A stretch of DNA of 54,270 bases from an uncultured Methanosarcinales archaeon (lineage in GTDB: Archaea; Nanobdellota; Nanobdellia; Woesearchaeales; GW2011-AR9), in contig CAYTOG010000001.1 in NCBI GenBank assembly GCA_964439765.1, positions 1-54,270 of the forward strand, written 5' to 3'. Position numbers and translations under genes: made by a program. The notes under the pieces are model-generated. The model was not told the origin of the DNA, made no database searches, and worked only from the letters and a program-made list of their open reading frames with translations. This document shows, piece after piece, positions 49,286 to 54,270 of this stretch; the stretch's first letter is position 1, and every line of letters starts with the position of its first letter.

Positions 49286-50602
49286 TTATGATATAAAATC
49301 TTTTGTGTATTTTAACTTCTCGTTGATCTCTCCACGCAAATTTGTTTGCATTAATTCTTTGACTTTCTCTTTGTCAGGTTCATTTGCTAAAAGCCATGCT
49401 AGTTTTACTTGGGCTGTTGTTGCGAGCATGTCTTTACCACTGATAATTCCTATTTCTAATTGATCTCTTCCTTTACTATAAACATTCATATTAACTGATC
49501 CGAACAAACAACTGGTTGTCATTACAATTACTGTCCCACCTTTAACTAATTGCTTAATCTCTTCTTTAATTTTTTCATGTTCTTCGCAACCTTTTGTTGG
49601 CACATGAATAGGAGTATGACCAAGACCTGTTCCTTCCAAAATTAACCCTTTGAATCTTCGGAACGCCATAAATTGTTCTACAAACATATTTGTGTGAATT
49701 TTAAGAACGCCAACTTTCTCTTCCATATAATCTTTGATTATGCATTCTTCTTTTGATTTTTTTGAATAATCTTCGGAAGTGAATGTTATTTTGTCTTCTT
49801 TGTAATATACTCTTGCAATTGATTCATTGTTTACTGCTTGGAAGGCGTCACGTCTGCTAGAATGAAGTTTATATGTTTTTGTTGCAGGAAGAATATTACA
49901 ATACTCATCTTCAGCTGAACCATGCATACAAATTGCAACTCCTGCAAAATCTGTTTTTGTGATGAACTTTGCTGCACAAATTAAATTCATTGCAGCATCG
50001 GCTGAACCCCTATCACTTGATCTTTGAGAACCTACAAAAATAATTGGCACTGGGGTTTTTTCAACAATGAATGCTACTGCTGCTGCTGCAACTGCCAAAT
50101 TATCTGTTCCTATACCAATAATAATTCCATTTGTTCCTTTCTTTATTTTTTTTTCAATTGCTCTTGCAATTTTAAGATAATGAATATATCTTAAATCATC
50201 ACTCCACATTTGTGCTATCAATTCTGAATCAATATTTGCAATAGTTTTTAACTCAGGAAATAGTGCAATAAGATCTCTTGGTGTAAACGAAGTAACAACG
50301 CCACCCGTTCTATAATCTACTTTACTTGCAATTGTTCCACCAGTATGTAAAATAGAAATAGTTGGTAACGCTTTGTTTTTTGGTATTTGGACTTCTTCTG
50401 TTACTTTTTTGTGTGATTTTTCTTTCTTTTTGATTTTTATTTCTTCAATATCACTTCTTTCAAAACCCACATTATAACCTGTTGAAAGTTTTATTAGAAT
50501 AATATCTTCTCTACTGCTGGGCATTACAAGGCCAGATTCCTTATGTTTGTTTTTTAGAAGAATTTCTACAGAATCTCCTGGATTTATCTGTTCTTTTGAC
50601 AT
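49286..50602 (-). CDS. gatD: Glutamyl-tRNA(Gln) amidotransferase subunit D
   Basis: The N-terminal extension plus asparaginase-like 'ISILHTGGTIASKVDYRTGGV', and the 438-aa size, are typical of archaeal GatD. Confidence 0.9.
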   Translation of the reverse strand: MSKEQINPGDSVEILLKNKHKESGLVMPSSREDIILIKLSTGYNVGFERSDIEEIKIKKKEKSHKKVTEEVQIPKNKALPTISILHTGGTIASKVDYRTGGVVTSFTPRDLIALFPELKTIANIDSELIAQMWSDDLRYIHYLKIARAIEKKIKKGTNGIIIGIGTDNLAVAAAAVAFIVEKTPVPIIFVGSQRSSDRGSADAAMNLICAAKFITKTDFAGVAICMHGSAEDEYCNILPATKTYKLHSSRRDAFQAVNNESIARVYYKEDKITFTSEDYSKKSKEECIIKDYMEEKVGVLKIHTNMFVEQFMAFRRFKGLILEGTGLGHTPIHVPTKGCEEHEKIKEEIKQLVKGGTVIVMTTSCLFGSVNMNVYSKGRDQLEIGIISGKDMLATTAQVKLAWLLANEPDKEKVKELMQTNLRGEINEKLKYTKDFIS

Positions 50603-50818
50603 AATCTCTTTCTTAGCCTAAATCTTTATATAGCTTCTGCTGCGCTGCTAATATTAGCAAGCACTAGTTGCTCGTAAAGAGATATTTGGCTTTGCTGAAT
50701 GTCCCTCTTTGGTGTTCACCTACAAAATAGTACAGTACTATATTTCTGCTTGCGCATTAGATGTATCTATATAATATGGATTAAATAAAAGTAAAAATAT
50801 AAGAAAAGGTGAACACAA

Positions 50819-52252
50819 ATGAATATGAATAATAATGAACAAGAAAATAACACAAATACAGATTACAAAGTGAAAGACATCTCCCTTGCTGATTGGGGCC
50901 GCAAAGAAATTACTATAGCAGAGAAAGAAATGCCTGGTTTGATGGCCCTTCGTGAAAAATATTCTGGATCTAAGCCACTCGCTGGTGCTAAGATTATGGG
51001 CTCATTGCACATGACTATTCAAACTGCGGTTCTCATTGAAACATTAGTAAAACTTGGCGCAGATGTTAGATGGGTTAGTTGTAATATTTTTTCTACGCAA
51101 GATCATGCAGCTGCAATAATCGCGAAATCTGGTGTTCCAGTTTTTGCATGGAAAGGAGAAACACTTCCTGAATATTGGTGGTGCACTAAAAAAGCACTTG
51201 TCTGGCCCGATGGAAGTGGTCCTGAAATGATTGTTGATGATGGTGGAGACGCTACTCTCTTTATCCACCGTGGTGCACTTGCTGAAGTTAATCCATCAAT
51301 CCTTGATAACGATGAAGGTAATGAGGAAGTAGCACAAGTGAATATTCAAATTAGAGAAGTTCTAGCTAAAGATGCTACATTCTTCTCTCGTACTCTTGCA
51401 TCAATGAAAGGCGTTAGTGAGGAGACTACAACTGGTGTACACCGCCTGTATCAAATGCTCGAGAAAGGAGAATTAAAAATTCCCGCAATCAATGTAAATG
51501 ACGCTGTTACCAAATCAAAGTTCGATAACTTATACGGTTGCCGTGAAAGCCTTGTTGATGGAATCAAACGAGCAACCGATGTTATGCTCGCAGGAAAAGT
51601 TGCTGTTGTTGCAGGCTACGGTGATGTCGGTAAAGGTTGTGTGCAGTCACTTAAAGGATATGGTTGCAGAGTGATTGTTACTGAAATTGATCCAATTAAT
51701 GCTCTTCAGGCAGTTATGGAAGGATTCGAAGTTAAACCAATGGATGAAGCCGTTCAGATCGGAGACCTTTTTGTTACCACAACAGGGAATAAAGATATCA
51801 TTGTTGGTCGGCATTTTAACGCAATGAAAGATCAAGCAATTGTCTGTAACATTGGACACTTCGACAACGAAATTGATATGTCTTGGTTAAATGGTAGTAG
51901 TGGGGCCGTGCGCGATGAAATTAAACCACAATATGATAGATACACTTTTTCTAATGGCCGTGAGATTTATGTTCTAGCTGAAGGCAGGCTTGTGAATTTA
52001 GGTTGTGCAACAGGACACCCATCTTTTGTTATGAGTGCTTCATTTACAAATCAAGTGCTTGCGCAAATTGAACTATGGACGAAACCACACACAGTTGGTG
52101 TTACCGTTCTTCCCAAGATTCTTGATGAAGAAGTTGCTAGACTCCATTTGTCTAAATTAGGTGTAAAGCTAGAAGTTATGACTGATTCACAATCTTCCTA
52201 TCTTGGTGTTCCAAAAGGTGGACCATATAAGTCAGAACATTATAGGTATTAG
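50819..52252 (+). CDS. ahcY: S-adenosyl-L-homocysteine hydrolase
   Basis: '[33 protein letters not shown]' and the NAD-binding '[11 protein letters not shown]'; size is 477 aa. Confidence 0.95.
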   Translation: MNMNNNEQENNTNTDYKVKDISLADWGRKEITIAEKEMPGLMALREKYSGSKPLAGAKIMGSLHMTIQTAVLIETLVKLGADVRWVSCNIFSTQDHAAAIIAKSGVPVFAWKGETLPEYWWCTKKALVWPDGSGPEMIVDDGGDATLFIHRGALAEVNPSILDNDEGNEEVAQVNIQIREVLAKDATFFSRTLASMKGVSEETTTGVHRLYQMLEKGELKIPAINVNDAVTKSKFDNLYGCRESLVDGIKRATDVMLAGKVAVVAGYGDVGKGCVQSLKGYGCRVIVTEIDPINALQAVMEGFEVKPMDEAVQIGDLFVTTTGNKDIIVGRHFNAMKDQAIVCNIGHFDNEIDMSWLNGSSGAVRDEIKPQYDRYTFSNGREIYVLAEGRLVNLGCATGHPSFVMSASFTNQVLAQIELWTKPHTVGVTVLPKILDEEVARLHLSKLGVKLEVMTDSQSSYLGVPKGGPYKSEHYRY

Positions 52253-52345
52253 GTTGAGATTTTTTTGTTTTTTTTATTATTATTTAATCATTAATATTCG
52301 TAACACATAAATTGATCACAATGAAAAAGAGTTTGAGGAAATACT

Positions 52346-53335
52346 ATGAACAAAACAATTGATGTAATGGGAATTGGAAACGCTTTGATGGATCTCTTGA
52401 TAGAGGTTGATGATAACACACTTGTTGATTTTGACTTAAAAAAAGGTGAAATGCATTTAGTTGACCACGATACTGCAAAAAAAACACTCGCCACTATGCA
52501 AGAAAAAGATTTGACAATCGATGTTGTTCCAGGAGGTTCAGTTGCTAACACACTTAAAGGACTTGCACTCTTCGGAGGCCACGTTGTTCTTTGTGGTAAA
52601 GTTGGACAAGATGATCATGGAGACACGTATGTTCAAGAGATGGAAAAAAAAGGCGTTCAAAGTAATATCAACGGACATTCAGCAATTACTGGACACGCAC
52701 TTACATTCATAACTCCTGATTCCGAAAGAACCTTTTCTGTGCATCTTGGTGCTTCTGTGCATCTTGCAAAAGAAGACATCCTTGAAGAAGATATTGCTAA
52801 AAGCAAAGTGTTACACTTAGAAGGATACCAACTTGAAGGGCAAACTAAAGACGCTATTCTTCACGCAATTGATCTTGCTAAAAAACACAACACACTTGTT
52901 TCACTCGATCTTTCTGATCCTGCCCTCATTCGCCGTAACAAAGAATTTTTTATGGAGTTAGTTCAATCTCGTGTTGACATTGTTTTCATGAATGAACTTG
53001 AGGCAAAAGAATTTACTGGTCTTGAAGAGAAAGAAGCATTGCTTGCATTACCTGAAAATCTTACAATTGCTGCTGTTAAACTTGGAAAAGAAGGTTCCCT
53101 TATTCGATACAATGGTGAAGTTATTGAAGTTCCAGCAGTTATTGCAACTGCCGTTGACACAACTGGGGCTGGTGATAGTTACGCTGCTGGTTTGTTGTAT
53201 GGATTTACACATCATTGGCCACTTCTAAAAGCAGCTACGCTTGGAGCGACGCTTGCTAGAAAAGTGATTGAACAAAAAGGAGTGCACATGCGAGGAATTA
53301 ATCCAGAGACATTAATTCAAGGAGTGTTGAAATAA
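52346..53335 (+). CDS. PfkB-family ribokinase-like kinase, adenosine-kinase-like
   Basis: 'GIGNALMDLLIEVDD' at the N-terminus and 'DTTGAGDSYAAGLLYG' as the PfkB signature. The genomic context (ahcY, MTAP) supports a nucleoside kinase role. Confidence 0.8.
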   Translation: MNKTIDVMGIGNALMDLLIEVDDNTLVDFDLKKGEMHLVDHDTAKKTLATMQEKDLTIDVVPGGSVANTLKGLALFGGHVVLCGKVGQDDHGDTYVQEMEKKGVQSNINGHSAITGHALTFITPDSERTFSVHLGASVHLAKEDILEEDIAKSKVLHLEGYQLEGQTKDAILHAIDLAKKHNTLVSLDLSDPALIRRNKEFFMELVQSRVDIVFMNELEAKEFTGLEEKEALLALPENLTIAAVKLGKEGSLIRYNGEVIEVPAVIATAVDTTGAGDSYAAGLLYGFTHHWPLLKAATLGATLARKVIEQKGVHMRGINPETLIQGVLK

Positions 53336-54124
53336 ATGGAAATAAAAATAGGTATCATTGGTGGATCGGGCATTGATAGCCCAGATATTCTTGATAACAG
53401 AACAACTGTTCTCGTTGAGACTAAATGGGGCAAACCATCTAGCGAAATTTCTCTTGGTAAAATTTCAGGAGTTAATGTTGCAATCATTTCCAGGCATGGT
53501 CCAGGCCATGGGATTAATCCAACTCACGTACCATACGCTGCGAACATTGCTGCATTGAAGCAGATTGGTTGCACACATATCATTGGTGCAACTGCTGTTG
53601 GATCACTCAAAGAAGGATATAAACCAGGAGACATTGTTATTAGTGATCAATTTATTGATAGAACAACTAAGCGCACACAAACATTTTACGAAGGCAGTGA
53701 AGTTTGCCACATCTCTGTTGCGGACCCATTTTGTTTATCTCTTCGAAATCTTCTGATCAATACCTCTAAAGAACTCCAACTTCCAGTTCATTCTACTGGA
53801 ACTTGTGTTGTTATTGAAGGGCCACGTTTCTCTACTAAAGCAGAATCCCACTTATTTCGTTCATGGAACGCAGAAATTATTGGTATGACTTTAGTTCCAG
53901 AAGCCTGTTTAGCACGAGAAGCAGAGATTCCCTATGCTAACATTTCAATGGTAACTGATTATGATGTTTGGCGCGAAGGTGAAGAAGTGAGCGCAGAAAA
54001 AGTTATTCAAACTATGGCCGAAAATGTTGCAAAGTTGAAATTGTTGCTTAAGTCAGTTGTCCCACTTATACAATATGATGCAGAAAACCCCATCCGGTCT
54101 GCACTTAAAGGAGCACTATTTTAA
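53336..54124 (+). CDS. mtnP: S-methyl-5'-thioadenosine phosphorylase
   Basis: 'IGIIGGSG', 'ISRHGPGH...P' and 'IGMTLVPEACLAREAEIPYA' are typical MTAP/PNP-family motifs. Confidence 0.9.
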   Translation: MEIKIGIIGGSGIDSPDILDNRTTVLVETKWGKPSSEISLGKISGVNVAIISRHGPGHGINPTHVPYAANIAALKQIGCTHIIGATAVGSLKEGYKPGDIVISDQFIDRTTKRTQTFYEGSEVCHISVADPFCLSLRNLLINTSKELQLPVHSTGTCVVIEGPRFSTKAESHLFRSWNAEIIGMTLVPEACLAREAEIPYANISMVTDYDVWREGEEVSAEKVIQTMAENVAKLKLLLKSVVPLIQYDAENPIRSALKGALF

Positions 54125-54132
54125 TCGAGGTG

Positions 54133-54270
54133 AAATAAAATGGATCTAAAATCAGTTATCAGAACAATTCCAAACGTCCCAAACTATCTTTTACAAAAGG
54201 ATAGAACCCAAAGAGGTGCACCTTTGGTAGCACAAATAAAAATAGGTAAATAAAATGGATCTAAAATCAG
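54133..54270. repeat. 23-nt direct repeat duplicating a gene start (54133-54155 and 54248-54270), enclosing a 37-codon ORF
   Basis: 'aaataaaatggatctaaaatcag' occurs twice. The first copy starts the ORF MDLKSVIRTIPNVPNYLLQKDRTQRGAPLVAQIKIGK* (54140-54253). The second copy restarts MDLKS.. and runs off the window. Confidence 0.7.

Noticed and set aside
50712-50816. Possible riboswitch or anti-SD structure upstream of ahcY: GTGTTCACC (50712-50720) is the exact complement of GGTGAACAC (50808-50816), which overlaps a GGTGA Shine-Dalgarno-like sequence 3 nt before the ATG
   Set aside because: A good TATA-like box (atctATATAATatgg, ~50766-50775) lies between the two arms. The upstream arm is therefore probably not in the ahcY transcript. 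The 14-bp palindrome TGCTAATATTAGCA at 50646-50659 may be an operator, but I cannot link it to anything.
1-54270. Diversity-generating retroelement or retron (known to be common in DPANN-type genomes)
   Set aside because: I scanned the translated ORFs for reverse-transcriptase Y-x-D-D motifs and for template/variable repeat pairs and found none. The only near-identical repeats are in-frame tandem duplications (TrmB-like gene, acidic secreted protein), not adenine-specific TR/VR pairs.

Overview
AT-rich (about one-third G+C by eye) archaeal chromosome segment. Archaea-specific markers are present: ribosomal proteins L44e, S27e and S15/S13e, aIF2-alpha, Nop10, archease, GatD, a PAC2-type chaperone and archaeal-type AlaRS. 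Genes are compact, often have TATA-like boxes about 25 nt upstream of the ATG, and show ATGA stop/start overlaps. Together this suggests a small-genome, DPANN-like archaeon, but the lineage call is inference.

The right third (36-54 kb) is housekeeping. It holds S15, archease, alaS, argS (apparently broken by two homopolymer frameshifts), ITPase, rpl44e-rps27e-aIF2a-nop10, Nudix, PAC2, tRNA-Leu(GAG), a VIT1 transporter, gatD, and an ahcY / adenosine-kinase-like / MTA-phosphorylase cluster.

The left two thirds are accessory.
(1) A ~10.3 kb integrated element (about 1.9-12.2 kb) carries a tyrosine integrase, a serine recombinase, an AEP primase, a P-loop helicase, RHH regulators and an orphan terminase large subunit. 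It is flanked by a diverged duplicate of the first 22 codons of the adjacent TctA-like membrane gene.
(2) A LAGLIDADG endonuclease gene runs into an intron-containing tRNA-Leu(UAG).
(3) A 932-aa TrmB-like regulator carries six tandem effector-like modules.
(4) Surface and secreted proteins follow.
(5) A ~12.3 kb element is integrated into the 3' end of tRNA-Gln(UUG), with 25-nt exact att repeats at 23827 and 36097 and a third degenerate copy at 21807. It encodes a tyrosine integrase, a fused primase/Zn-finger/helicase homologous to the split genes of element 1, an Ltp-type lipoprotein and a wHTH+GNAT pair.
(6) Inside that element, a visibly GC-richer 4.2 kb cassette is bounded by ~30-nt direct repeats. 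It encodes a MORC-like GHKL ATPase, an unknown divergent partner and a flavoprotein. This cassette is my best candidate for an undescribed (defence-like) system.

Two intergenic structured or repeated RNA-like elements (40.8 kb and 44.5 kb) are unexplained by any ORF. No CRISPR array, rRNA or reverse transcriptase was seen.
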